64,000 bases of DNA from Candidatus Forterrea multitransposorum CG_2015-17_Forterrea_25_41. GTDB taxonomy: Archaea; Iainarchaeota; Iainarchaeia; Iainarchaeales; CSSED10-239. Made by a program: the position numbers and the translations under genes. Below are positions 39,101-47,779 of this stretch, one piece after another; position 1 is the stretch's first letter; each line of letters opens with the position of its first letter. The notes under the pieces were generated by a model. It saw only the letters and a program-made list of their open reading frames with translations, searched no databases and was not told the origin of the DNA. The stretch spans positions 448,001 through 512,000 of the forward strand of contig CP045477.1 of NCBI GenBank assembly GCA_009392915.1. Direction: 5' to 3'.

Positions 39101-39547
39101 TTTAGAAATATTAGAATTATCAACTTTATCTAAAGGAACTTCTTTTTTAGAAATATTAGAATTATCAACTTTATCTAAAGGAACTTCTTTTTTAGAAATA
39201 TCTAAATTATCAACTTTATCTAAAAGAATCTTTTTTTTTCTAAAAGGATTAAAATCTTTATATTTTTCTTCAATATCAGAAGTGTCAACTTTTAAGTTTA
39301 CTTTCTTAACATCATTATAATTTTTATTTAAAGAAAAATCATCTTTTTTAGTTTCTGGTAAAACTACATCAAATTTTTGTAATTTTTTAGAATTACTATT
39401 ATTTTTTAAAGAACTATCAATTTTATCTTCTTTTAAAGAACTATCAAATTTATTATTTTTTACAGAATCTGAAGCTTTAGATATAGATTTAGATAGAGGA
39501 ATTCTTTTAATAACCTTAAAACCAGAAAAATTATCCTCTCCACCCAT
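36197..39547 (-). CDS. FlaI/TadA-like ATPase-fold protein that lacks the Walker A P-loop (predicted inactive), fused to a roughly 650-aa K/D/E/S-rich disordered repeat N-terminal region
   Basis: The C-terminal 460 aa align with the active ATPase at 22273..24036. IEVSCSGEKSNLIVYHVEYGVLKTNISF matches IVIIGEGKSLYVYHKYYGWLESNLSY. SSFVIKKY matches ACITIRKF. At the P-loop position the sequence is ILHDVDDSFVIYNSILLFYP rather than VVGNTGSGKTTTLNTLLSFVP. The N-terminus carries KKEVPLDKVDNSNIS tandem repeats. Confidence 0.6.
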   Translation of the reverse strand: MGGEDNFSGFKVIKRIPLSKSISKASDSVKNNKFDSSLKEDKIDSSLKNNSNSKKLQKFDVVLPETKKDDFSLNKNYNDVKKVNLKVDTSDIEEKYKDFNPFRKKKILLDKVDNLDISKKEVPLDKVDNSNISKKEVPLDKVDNSNISKKEVPLDKVDNSNISKKEVPLDKVDNSNIFKKEVPLDKVDKKSTSNKLISSKINNELLLPDSSHELLLSDSSSEKKIKPSNSFLISEPKIDHIDNSIKKEINFDESNNNKKTMSLLKDILENVSKPKEYSESKESNDIFSEVKSKNENVDDLLDQLNKKASKLDQEVYLESFSFLDDKPKKSKIDFPKYDVKNLYSKIDHLSVNKNKDSQNKETLANSNDFPKNTGNLEIDSKNSSSHLNNSSLGEANGLFEEIEVPDIFAIEDDVKDLSNTVEDKFSVYDKDSKNDLKVLNEDSSLSSEIKTNESSEKTPNFVIDNNQVKLNSEIENNISKLKKSKTLEEKEKEKFDVNVLNEKIDKDEEDVKKVFSDVDLSKEDDERIYKGMREISSPKNKKDKSKISNKNKKYISPSIREEKVTSKENYSDEDNDDEKISKTIKKESLPKEQEIKIIKEVKLTPKVKNDLIAEKFKDLREKGMDYILPKDAGKNPVKINKEIYQEKLSSDNSLFSSLVYQDPIASFEENIKNIFDKYSIDDFTYVTIHYDNTKGLFYNLVQPELNSEQEKEYIQLKKVFFNTIDKNYYSFNGDKHSLDKYIQKIFDISVEKLSYSLGKLQQKLYLKFIQREFFGLGILTNLLLDKKIIEVSCSGEKSNLIVYHVEYGVLKTNISFKDIIELNNFVTILTKNMGIYITPEHPVIDGYLPNGYKVEGLYSLGDTSSKGSSFVIKKYLDEPLTPVALVNTSIGSVDVFSYIWSAISENYKVILHDVDDSFVIYNSILLFYPDQKIITVQAYDRFKLPQKEWINRIFTNNADLSKRLIIEQTISQKPDIIAIDEFGEDIFDVSWYNLNIFSIKPNVADKFIEQLKMVNQKSILIEIKRIKQGFKETYQIVNIKEIINKNESVVVDLEISENKYNINLLSSSINVVDFLKKKKLMRWMKDSKVYNYKDFNSIISQYNYEKDELFKRLDIK
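38991..39215. repeat. five copies of a 45-bp tandem repeat (ttatctaaaggaacttcttttttagaaatattagaattatcaact) with degenerate flanking copies; coding, 15-aa unit KKEVPLDKVDNSNIS
   Basis: Read directly from the sequence. Copies differ by one to three substitutions. Confidence 0.85.
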
Positions 39548-39630
39548 AAATATGCCTTCTTTAAAATATATTTTAATATATAGATATTAGTTCATTAGAT
39601 TTATAAATCTTTAGATATTTTTTAATAGCT

Positions 39631-40362
39631 TCAAATAACAAAAGAAATAATTTTTGGAATAATTTCAAAAACATATAAAAGAATTAGAAAGATATAACTT
39701 ACTAGGATTAATATAATAAATGGAATTAAAGGAGAAAACCACACCTTAGAAATATTATGATTTTTAGCAATAACTTTAATTTTTTTAATTTCATTTTCTG
39801 GTTCAATATTTGGCATAAAAACAATTTTTGAAATTAATTTATTATTTTCTACATACAATTTTTCTAAAGGAGTATAAAAATTATTTACTTTTTTTAAAGA
39901 TAAAGGAACCCCTAAAAACATTAGATATAATGATTTAAAAAAATTATATTTAGGAAAATTTCTTGAAAATAAATTATATAAAAATAAGAAAACAGGTATA
40001 AGTAAAGTTAAAACTAAAGCAAAAAAGAAAATAAACATTGGAAAATATATATCAAAAATATTTGTAAATGATATTGCAAAAATAGTATAAAGATCCCCTT
40101 CTCCTATATATGTAAAATAACTAATCTTTCCTAAAACATAAAAAATTAATAAAAATATAAAACTTACAGCAAGTTGTATTAAATAACCTTTCCATAAAAT
40201 AAAATCTGTTTTAAAAACAAAAATACCTAAATAAAGAATACTAAAGATGGCTAAGAAAAATAAAGACATTATATTTATTTCTCTATACTTAATATCTTGA
40301 TAAGTTACATACAATAAAATAATTATAGAAAAAATAATTATTGGTAAATAAATATAATCCAT
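39631..40362 (-). CDS. A24-family prepilin/preflagellin peptidase (PibD/FlaK-like)
   Basis: Polytopic protein with the first catalytic Asp in YQDIKYREI and the second in IGEGDLYT (a GxGD-type motif). Confidence 0.7.
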   Translation of the reverse strand: MDYIYLPIIIFSIIILLYVTYQDIKYREINIMSLFFLAIFSILYLGIFVFKTDFILWKGYLIQLAVSFIFLLIFYVLGKISYFTYIGEGDLYTIFAISFTNIFDIYFPMFIFFFALVLTLLIPVFLFLYNLFSRNFPKYNFFKSLYLMFLGVPLSLKKVNNFYTPLEKLYVENNKLISKIVFMPNIEPENEIKKIKVIAKNHNISKVWFSPLIPFIILILVSYIFLILLYVFEIIPKIISFVI

Positions 40363-40369
40363 AAGTTAT

Positions 40370-41281
40370 CTATATTGATCTTTTTGTAAGATACATTAAA
40401 TCTTTATAAGCTTTAACTTTTGTTTTTCTTGCAGTTGATCTTTCAAAAAGATTATCAGTATAATTTCCAGGAGGTCCTACTGATTTAATTTTTTTATTTT
40501 TAATTTTATTTAAAAGAATCTTATTCTTTAAATTATCATCATCTTTATCAAAAAAAGAAGTATTTAGATCAATTGTTAAAATACCACTACCAATCTCAGA
40601 AACATTATAACTTCCAGAACCAGCTGTAATATAGTTTGACATTTTACCAAGCTTAATTGCTGCTTCAAATTTATAAACAACATCATAACTTTTTTGATCA
40701 ATTTTATGAGTTAAATATTCACTAAAACTTGAAAGTCCTAAAGTCTTAAAAAACCTATGAAGCTCTAAATAATCTAAAATATGTCTTAATTTTCTTAAGA
40801 AAAAAGAATCATGCATATAATAAGATAAATACCCAATTGTTCCAGTATATGCTTCAACACCAATTTTTTTTTCTTTAATAATTTTTTCTAATTTATCAAG
40901 TCCTAAAATATAAGTTGCAGAATTTGATATAAGTCCAAAAGGATGTGCAATTGTTATTAAATATCTTTTTTTATAACAAAAATCAATTAATCTTTTAAGA
41001 GAAACTTTATCTTCATAAAGTATAGAATAATTATAAATACTAGCATCTTCAGAAAAAACTAAAACTTCTCCAGAATCAGTTAATATTTTAATACCTGGAA
41101 TTAATAATTTATCTTTTGGTTTAAATTTTAAAAGTTCAAAATATGCTTTTCTAGGATCTAAATAATTATATTCAGTTATAGCTGTACCTAAAAGATTATT
41201 TTCAGAAACTACTTTCCAATATTTTTTTGCAGACTCTTTATTTTTAAAAAGATGAGTATGCATGTCAATATTATATAACAT
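40370..41281 (-). CDS. metal-dependent phosphoesterase/hydrolase (PHP-like), uncertain
   Basis: NIDMHTHL near the N-terminus and an AHP motif later. Weak. Confidence 0.35.
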   Translation of the reverse strand: MLYNIDMHTHLFKNKESAKKYWKVVSENNLLGTAITEYNYLDPRKAYFELLKFKPKDKLLIPGIKILTDSGEVLVFSEDASIYNYSILYEDKVSLKRLIDFCYKKRYLITIAHPFGLISNSATYILGLDKLEKIIKEKKIGVEAYTGTIGYLSYYMHDSFFLRKLRHILDYLELHRFFKTLGLSSFSEYLTHKIDQKSYDVVYKFEAAIKLGKMSNYITAGSGSYNVSEIGSGILTIDLNTSFFDKDDDNLKNKILLNKIKNKKIKSVGPPGNYTDNLFERSTARKTKVKAYKDLMYLTKRSI

Positions 41282-41435
41282 ATATTAATATATGAACCTA
41301 TTAATATATATTTATTTTGCTTATATAATATATTACTTATGATGATTATTTAAAAATTTATATAAAAAATTACTATTTAAAATAATTTTTAAAAAAAAAT
41401 ATTAATTTTAAAAAAAACAAGGATGTGAATAAAAA

Positions 41436-42740
41436 ATGAAATTAAAATGTTTAGGAGCCGGAAATGAAGTTGGTAGAAGTGGTTTTTTACTTTACGGTTC
41501 TGATAAAATTTTATTTGATTATGGATTAAAATTAAATCCAAAATATCTAAATGAAAAATCTGAAAAAGTAGATTTTGAAGGAAATGTTGAAGAACCTATA
41601 AAAATAACAGAATACTTAGATGCAGTAATTCTTAGTCACGCGCACTTAGATCATTCTGGAGACATACCTTCTCTTTATAAAAAATATAATCCAAATCTTT
41701 TTTTAACTCAAGCAACTTTAGATTTATCTTCTCTTTTATGGAAAGATACTTTAAAAATTGCAAAATATGAACAAAAAACACCACCTTTTGAAAAAGAAGA
41801 TATGTATGCTGCACAAGATAGTGCTTTCTTTTTAAAACTTAATAAACCTACAGAAATTACAAAGAATTCAAAATTAACTTTTTATGATGCAGGACACATT
41901 ACTGGAAGTGTAATTTCAGTAATTGAAATGGATGGCAAAAAAGTAATGTATACTGGAGATTTTAGAGCTGAAGAAAGTTCATTATTTGCAGGATATGATA
42001 GAAATATACCAGAAGTAGATTATTTAATAATTGAAAGTACATATGGTTCTGAAAATCATATACCTAGAAAAAAAATAGAAGAAGATTTAATTAAAGAGAT
42101 TCAAGATACTTTAAAGAAAAGAGGAATGGTAATGCTTGCATCTTTTGCAATTGAAAGAAGTCAAGAACTAATAAGCCTTATGCATAAATATAAAATTAAA
42201 GCTCCAATATATGTTGATGGAATGGGAGTTAAAGCAACAGACATATTCTTAAACTACCCTGAATTTTTTAAAGATTATAAAGATTTTAAAAAATCAACTA
42301 AAGAAGTAAATTTTATAAGAAATAGCAAAATTAGAAAAAGTTTACTTAGAGAAACAAAACCATCAATTATTATAACTACAGCTGGAATGCTAGAAGGAGG
42401 ACCAATACTTCTTTATCTTAAAGAATTTGGTGATGATCCTAAAAACAAATTAATAACTACTGGATATCAAGTAGATGGTACAAATGGAAGTAGACTAAAA
42501 GAAACAGGTAAACTTTTCATTGATGGTGACTTATATCAACCAAGATGTGAAATTAAACATGCAAGTTTTTCAGGTCATCCAGGAAGAGATGAACTTATTA
42601 AATTTGTTAAAAAAGTAAAACCTAAGAAAGTAGTTTGTGTACATGGGGATCCATCCTCAATTGTAGATTTTAGAAAAACACTTGAAAAAGATGGTTTTGA
42701 AACTATTGCTCCAATGACTGGAGAAATAATTGATTTATAG
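41436..42740 (+). CDS. beta-CASP family metallo-beta-lactamase ribonuclease (CPSF/RNase J-like, no KH domains)
   Basis: MBL motif HAHLDHSG, YDAGHITGS and motif-C His near the C-terminus (VHGDP). Confidence 0.75.
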   Translation: MKLKCLGAGNEVGRSGFLLYGSDKILFDYGLKLNPKYLNEKSEKVDFEGNVEEPIKITEYLDAVILSHAHLDHSGDIPSLYKKYNPNLFLTQATLDLSSLLWKDTLKIAKYEQKTPPFEKEDMYAAQDSAFFLKLNKPTEITKNSKLTFYDAGHITGSVISVIEMDGKKVMYTGDFRAEESSLFAGYDRNIPEVDYLIIESTYGSENHIPRKKIEEDLIKEIQDTLKKRGMVMLASFAIERSQELISLMHKYKIKAPIYVDGMGVKATDIFLNYPEFFKDYKDFKKSTKEVNFIRNSKIRKSLLRETKPSIIITTAGMLEGGPILLYLKEFGDDPKNKLITTGYQVDGTNGSRLKETGKLFIDGDLYQPRCEIKHASFSGHPGRDELIKFVKKVKPKKVVCVHGDPSSIVDFRKTLEKDGFETIAPMTGEIIDL

Positions 42741-42756
42741 AAAAGTGATATATAAC

Positions 42757-43491
42757 ATGAAGAGATTTTGTCCAAAATGTGGAAAAGAAATAACTGAAGA
42801 TGAAATGATTGATAATTTTTGTATTGATTGTTACATGTCAGAAAATGAACTTATAAAAATACCAGAAATAGACATTTCTCTTTGTGTTAAATGTTTTAAA
42901 ATAAAGATGGGTAAAAAATGGTATAATAATTTTGAAGATCTTGAAGAAGATATTTCAAAAAGTATTAAATCAAATATTTTAATACAACCAAAAAAATCTA
43001 CAAAAGTAAATATCGATCTTGAAAATAACATTCATTTTGCAGAAATTACAGTAAACACCATTATTGGAAATAAATTTAAAGAATTAAAATATAATGTAAA
43101 TATTAATGTTAAGAAAGATACTTGTCTTACATGTTCTAGAATTGCTGGAAATTATTATACAACAATTATACAAATTAGGTTTAATGATAAGAAATTACAA
43201 AAACTTATTTTAGATAAACTAATTAAAGAAATTTATGAAATAATTAATGCAATAAATGAAAAAACAAGTAGACCTTCTGCAAATATAAATATCATAAAAG
43301 AAGTTCCTCAAAAAAATGGAATTGACTTTTATACAGATAATTTAAAGTACAGTAGAAATATTGGTATTCATTTAATGAAACATAAAAGCGCAATTGAAAG
43401 AAAATATTCCAAAAGTCTTGTAGGAATTGATAAAGACGGTAAAGATCTTACAAGAACAACTATTTGTATACACTTTGGAAATAAAGAATAA
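42757..43491 (+). CDS. NMD3-family-like Zn-ribbon protein (ribosome biogenesis/export factor homolog), uncertain
   Basis: Four CxxC pairs (CPKCG, CIDC, CVKCF, CLTC) spaced as in NMD3 N-terminal domains. The ORF track starts at a TTG at 42730. ATG 42757 avoids overlapping the upstream stop. Confidence 0.4.
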   Translation: MKRFCPKCGKEITEDEMIDNFCIDCYMSENELIKIPEIDISLCVKCFKIKMGKKWYNNFEDLEEDISKSIKSNILIQPKKSTKVNIDLENNIHFAEITVNTIIGNKFKELKYNVNINVKKDTCLTCSRIAGNYYTTIIQIRFNDKKLQKLILDKLIKEIYEIINAINEKTSRPSANINIIKEVPQKNGIDFYTDNLKYSRNIGIHLMKHKSAIERKYSKSLVGIDKDGKDLTRTTICIHFGNKE

Positions 43492-43492
43492 A

Positions 43493-44149
43493 TTATTTAA
43501 GTTTCCTTAACTGGGAAACTTTTCCTTTCATGGAAATTACTAATAATTTATCTTTTTTTTCAAGAACCATTTTATCTTCAGTAAATAAAAATTTTCCTTG
43601 TCTGTAAAGACCAATTGTTCTTGTATCTCCTGGAATTTTATCATTAAAAAATTTAACAGTCTGTCCAATATATCTTGAATTATCATCTAAAGCAATTTCT
43701 ACAATTTCAGCATCTCCTTTAGAAAAGAAAGATAAATCTAAAACATCAGGCTGAGTTACAAGTTGTGCAATGTATCCAGCAGCAGCAGCTTCTGGATGAA
43801 TTACAATATCAATACCTAGTTTTTTAATAATTGGACCATGATAATGAACTTTACTTAAAGAAACAGCAACTGTTTTAACTCCTAATTCTTTTGACATAAG
43901 ACCTATAATTAAATTTGTTTCATCAGTCTCTGTTAAAGAAATTAAAACAGCAGCTCTATCAATTCCTGCTTTTTCTAAAACAGAAGGTTCTGTACCGTCT
44001 CCAGTTATAGAAATAATATCTAAATCATTTGCAACTTTTTGACTTCTTAAAGTATCTTTTTCAACAACAACCACATCATGATTTTCAGAGATTAATAATT
44101 CTGTTACATAATAACCTAGATTACCACAACCAACAATTATAATATACAT
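43493..44149 (-). CDS. trkA: Trk potassium uptake system NAD-binding subunit TrkA
   Basis: Rossmann motif IIIVGCGNLG, RCK_N/RCK_C organisation. Adjacent to trkH. Confidence 0.75.
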   Translation of the reverse strand: MYIIIVGCGNLGYYVTELLISENHDVVVVEKDTLRSQKVANDLDIISITGDGTEPSVLEKAGIDRAAVLISLTETDETNLIIGLMSKELGVKTVAVSLSKVHYHGPIIKKLGIDIVIHPEAAAAGYIAQLVTQPDVLDLSFFSKGDAEIVEIALDDNSRYIGQTVKFFNDKIPGDTRTIGLYRQGKFLFTEDKMVLEKKDKLLVISMKGKVSQLRKLK

Positions 44150-44215
44150 ATTTATTTCTTCTTTTTAATTTTTTAATATTAAATATAATAGATGTTTAGA
44201 TTTATAAATGTATTT

Positions 44216-45679
44216 TTAAATTAAATATTTTCTTGAAAAAATAATCCCTATTATTGATAATAAAGGAATAATTTCAAGTCTTCCAACCCACATATTAATA
44301 ATAAGCATAACTTTTAGAGCAGAAGGCATATAACTATTTGTAAGTCCAGTTGTTATACCAACATTGCTTTGTGCAGAAATAACTTCAAAAACACTTTCTT
44401 GAAGAGAATATCCATAAAAAGTAAACATTAAAACACCAATTAAAATAAAAATTATAAAAATAAATATTAAAAAATATACAGATCTTAATCTTGCATTATC
44501 TATAAGTTCCCCATTATATTTTTTTGAAAAATATGCAATATTTGGAAGATTAATTTGTCTTATTTTCCAAAAAATAGATTTTAAAGATAAAATTAATCTA
44601 TCAACTTTAATTCCACCAGTTGTTGAGTTTGTAGAAGCTCCTGTAAACATTAATATTAAAAAAATCACTAAAATAAAAGGTGAGAAAGATAAAATTTGTT
44701 CACTTGCAAAAGTTGAGAAACCCCCACAAGACATCATACCTACAACAGTTAAAAGTATTGTTACAAAATCAATTGAGCCATTTAATTTAAAAAAAATTAA
44801 TAAAGCAGCAATAAGCATAATTAAAAGCATATAAATAAATTGTTTATCATTTAAATAAACCTTAAAACTTTTCTTTAAATAAAATTTATAGTGTAAAATA
44901 AAAGAACTTGCACCTAAAATCATAATTATAATCAAAGTAATATATATTGGAACATTTCCAATTGATAAAAGACTTTGAGAATTAGATTGAGAACCTGTAG
45001 TTGAAACTGCAGACATTGAATAATTAAAAGAATCAAATAAAGACATTCCAAAAATATTTAAAAAAATAACTCCTAATAAAGTTACTACTAAATAAATTAC
45101 CCACATATTTATTATGGTATTTTTAAAACTTGGAGAAATTCTATCATGCCCTTCTGCAGAAATTAATTTTGAAGATCCTCTAGTACCTTTTACAATTCCA
45201 AAAAAAGCTAAAACTACAATTCCAAGTCCACCTATCCATGAAATAAAAGATCTCCAAAGAGAAAGACTTTTAAGAGAAGGAACTAAGTTATCATACATTG
45301 TAAGTCCAGTTGTTGTTAAAGAAGACATGGATTCAAAATAAGAATCAAGTAAAGATAATTCAGAAGATAAGAAATAAAATGGTAAAGATGCAAAAAAAGC
45401 ATAGATTATCCATACAAAAACAACAACTATTAAAGATTGTGTTAAAGTAATACTAAATAGATTATCATTTCCTAAGAAAACTTTTTTTTTAGTAGACTTT
45501 AATAAAAGATAACCTGTTAATAAAGCAAAAAAGAATATTAGTAAATATACAAAAGAAACTCTTAAACTTTCTTTTAAAAATAAAGAAAGAATAAATGGAA
45601 ACAGAAATGTAAAACTACTATAGAATAAAATTTGACCAGTAGAATTTAAAACATTCTTATAATTCCAATAATAACTCAT
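44216..45679 (-). CDS. trkH: Trk-type K+ transporter membrane subunit TrkH
   Basis: 487 aa, about 10 TMs, with repeated selectivity-filter-like TTG/STTG segments (MSSLTTTGLT, SAVSTTGS, TNSTTGG). Confidence 0.8.
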   Translation of the reverse strand: MSYYWNYKNVLNSTGQILFYSSFTFLFPFILSLFLKESLRVSFVYLLIFFFALLTGYLLLKSTKKKVFLGNDNLFSITLTQSLIVVVFVWIIYAFFASLPFYFLSSELSLLDSYFESMSSLTTTGLTMYDNLVPSLKSLSLWRSFISWIGGLGIVVLAFFGIVKGTRGSSKLISAEGHDRISPSFKNTIINMWVIYLVVTLLGVIFLNIFGMSLFDSFNYSMSAVSTTGSQSNSQSLLSIGNVPIYITLIIIMILGASSFILHYKFYLKKSFKVYLNDKQFIYMLLIMLIAALLIFFKLNGSIDFVTILLTVVGMMSCGGFSTFASEQILSFSPFILVIFLILMFTGASTNSTTGGIKVDRLILSLKSIFWKIRQINLPNIAYFSKKYNGELIDNARLRSVYFLIFIFIIFILIGVLMFTFYGYSLQESVFEVISAQSNVGITTGLTNSYMPSALKVMLIINMWVGRLEIIPLLSIIGIIFSRKYLI

Positions 45680-45880
45680 AATTTTTCTTTTTAATAATAT
45701 ATTTTATAATATATAGCAGATAGTAAAGATTTTTAAAGATATATTTTATATATACTAAAAAAAAGAAGAAGAAAAAAGGAGAAAATAAAGAGATGTTTTA
45801 TTTTTATAAAAAAATTAAATAAAACATCTAAGATATAACTTTATTTAAAATAACTAAGATTTCAAAAAAATAACTAAAAA

Positions 45881-45952
45881 CTATTTCTTTTTAGTTTTTT
45901 TTGCAGTCTCTTTAGCAGCTGGTTTTGCTTTAGCTTTAGCTTTTTGAGCCAT
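45881..45952 (-). CDS. possible 23-aa Lys/Ala-rich basic peptide (MAQKAKAKAKPAAKETAKKTKKK)
   Basis: Hand-translated short ORF 50 nt downstream of the acidic 64-aa ORF, on the same strand. Could be chance in an A-rich genome. Confidence 0.15.
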   Translation of the reverse strand: MAQKAKAKAKPAAKETAKKTKKK

Positions 45953-46002
45953 TTTTTAGTTCACCCCTTTTTTTAAAGAATCAATTAAAACGTAATTCCA
46001 TT

Positions 46003-46197
46003 TTAATAGTCATCATCATCGTCGAAATCATCATCGTCTTCTTCTTCATAACTTGGTTTCTTTGGTGAAGGTTGTTTTTTAAAATCATTAAGATCTTCTT
46101 CAAAATCTTCATCAAATTCTTCCTCGTCAAAATCCTCATCATCGTAACTTTTTCCCATTGTAATAAATGATTTATTCATAATGACCATTTCCTCCAA
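46003..46197 (-). CDS. small hyper-acidic protein (64 aa, about 50% D/E, poly-Asp C-terminus)
   Basis: GAT/GAA/GAC-rich codon run, unusual for this AT-rich genome. Lies between aspS and trkH on the same strand. Confidence 0.3.
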   Translation of the reverse strand: MEEMVIMNKSFITMGKSYDDEDFDEEEFDEDFEEDLNDFKKQPSPKKPSYEEEDDDDFDDDDDY

Positions 46198-46450
46198 ATA
46201 ACTATCAATAAAAAATATGATTTATTGATATATATTTAAAAGAACAGACTTAGTTTTTAAACTTAATGCTAGTTGAAAAAGTAGAGTAAAGATTTAAATA
46301 CTTAACCATAGTATATTTAATCAAATATAATAAAATATTAAAAACCCTTATTTTAGAAATAGTTTAAAAAGAGAATACAAGAAATAAAGAAAAAAAGAAC
46401 TCTAAATACTTATTATTAAAGCATTTAAAGTTAATTGTTAAAGACAGATT

Positions 46451-47779
46451 TTATGGATTTAATCTATCTGTGTCCCTTGGAAGGAAAGTAACTTCACGTA
46501 CATTCTTCATATCAAGCATAAGCATTAAAAATCTTGTAGGACTAATAGCAAAACCACCATGAGGAGGACAACCATATCTAAAGAAATTTAAATAATCTTG
46601 TATTAAATCAAGATTAATTTTTTTCTCAATAGCTTGTTCTCTTAAAATATCTGTCCTGTGTTCTCTTTGAGCACCAGTAGTTACTTCTACACCTTTCCAT
46701 ATTAGATCAAAACTTTTTGTAAGCCCACCTTCTTTTTTCATATGGTAAAATGGTCTTGCAGAATATGGATAGTCTTTTATGAAAACAAATTCATGATTAA
46801 AAGTTTCTTTTACATATTCAAAAATTAATTTTTCACCATCAGCATCCAAATCATCTTCTGGTCCCTTATAACCTTTTTTTCTTACAATCTCTTGTGCTTC
46901 TTTCATTGTAAGTCTTGGAAAAGGAAGAGAAGGAACTATAACTTCCTGATTGAAAATATTTTTTATTTCTTCACCATATTCTTCTTTTATTCTTCCTATA
47001 AAATAATTTATCCAGGATTCTTCTAAATGCATTACATCTTCATGAGAATCAATATAAGATATTTCCATATCAATCATTGTAAACTCTGTATCATGTCTAG
47101 ATGTATGAGATGGGTTTGCTCTGAAAACTGGATTGATTTCAAAAATTTTTTCAAAACCAGCAGACATGGCCATCTGTTTATAAAATTGCGGAGATTGTGC
47201 AAGGTATGCTTTTTTTCCAAAATAATCTACAGAGAAAAGTTCTGCACCAGATTCACTTGGAGCACCCATAAACTTAGGAGTATGTATCTGTATAAAATCA
47301 TTCTTTGCCCAAAATTCTCTCATAGCCTTTTCCATGAAAGTACCTATCTTAAATATTAAAAGATTTTTAGGTTTTCTTAAATCAATCCATCTATAATCAA
47401 GTCTTTTTGATAGATCCGCAGAATCTTTTCCTAAAACAACTTGTATTGGAAGATTAACATCTGCAGTTGAAAGAATTTCTATATTGTTTACTAAAAGTTC
47501 AATTTTATTTTCAGTAACCTCTTGACCTTTTACATTTCCTTTTTGAACAATTCCTTTAACTGAAATTACTGATTCTCTTGTAATATTTTTAATTTCTTCA
47601 AAAGAAGGAGAATCACTAGTTACTACAAGTTGCACTATTCCGGAGTAATCTCTTAAAAGTAAAAAAGCTATTTTGCTTTGTGCTCTTATTTCATGTACAA
47701 AACCTTTAAGTAAAACTTCTTGTGAAACCTTATCATTTAACTGATTAATTTTTATTCTTTCCATTTTTAAAAACCTCAT
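46451..47779 (-). CDS. aspS: aspartyl-tRNA synthetase, archaeal/eukaryal type (an AsnRS assignment is not excluded)
   Basis: Class IIb motifs: OB-fold N-terminus, QSPQFYKQ flipping loop, FRAN, GGFAI and C-terminal LPRDTDRLNP. Confidence 0.8.
   Translation of the reverse strand: MRFLKMERIKINQLNDKVSQEVLLKGFVHEIRAQSKIAFLLLRDYSGIVQLVVTSDSPSFEEIKNITRESVISVKGIVQKGNVKGQEVTENKIELLVNNIEILSTADVNLPIQVVLGKDSADLSKRLDYRWIDLRKPKNLLIFKIGTFMEKAMREFWAKNDFIQIHTPKFMGAPSESGAELFSVDYFGKKAYLAQSPQFYKQMAMSAGFEKIFEINPVFRANPSHTSRHDTEFTMIDMEISYIDSHEDVMHLEESWINYFIGRIKEEYGEEIKNIFNQEVIVPSLPFPRLTMKEAQEIVRKKGYKGPEDDLDADGEKLIFEYVKETFNHEFVFIKDYPYSARPFYHMKKEGGLTKSFDLIWKGVEVTTGAQREHRTDILREQAIEKKINLDLIQDYLNFFRYGCPPHGGFAISPTRFLMLMLDMKNVREVTFLPRDTDRLNP

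Noticed and set aside
38946-39240. Possible CRISPR array (regular 45-bp repeats)
   Set aside because: Repeats are directly adjacent with no spacers. They sit inside an open reading frame and encode a 15-aa protein repeat. Not CRISPR.
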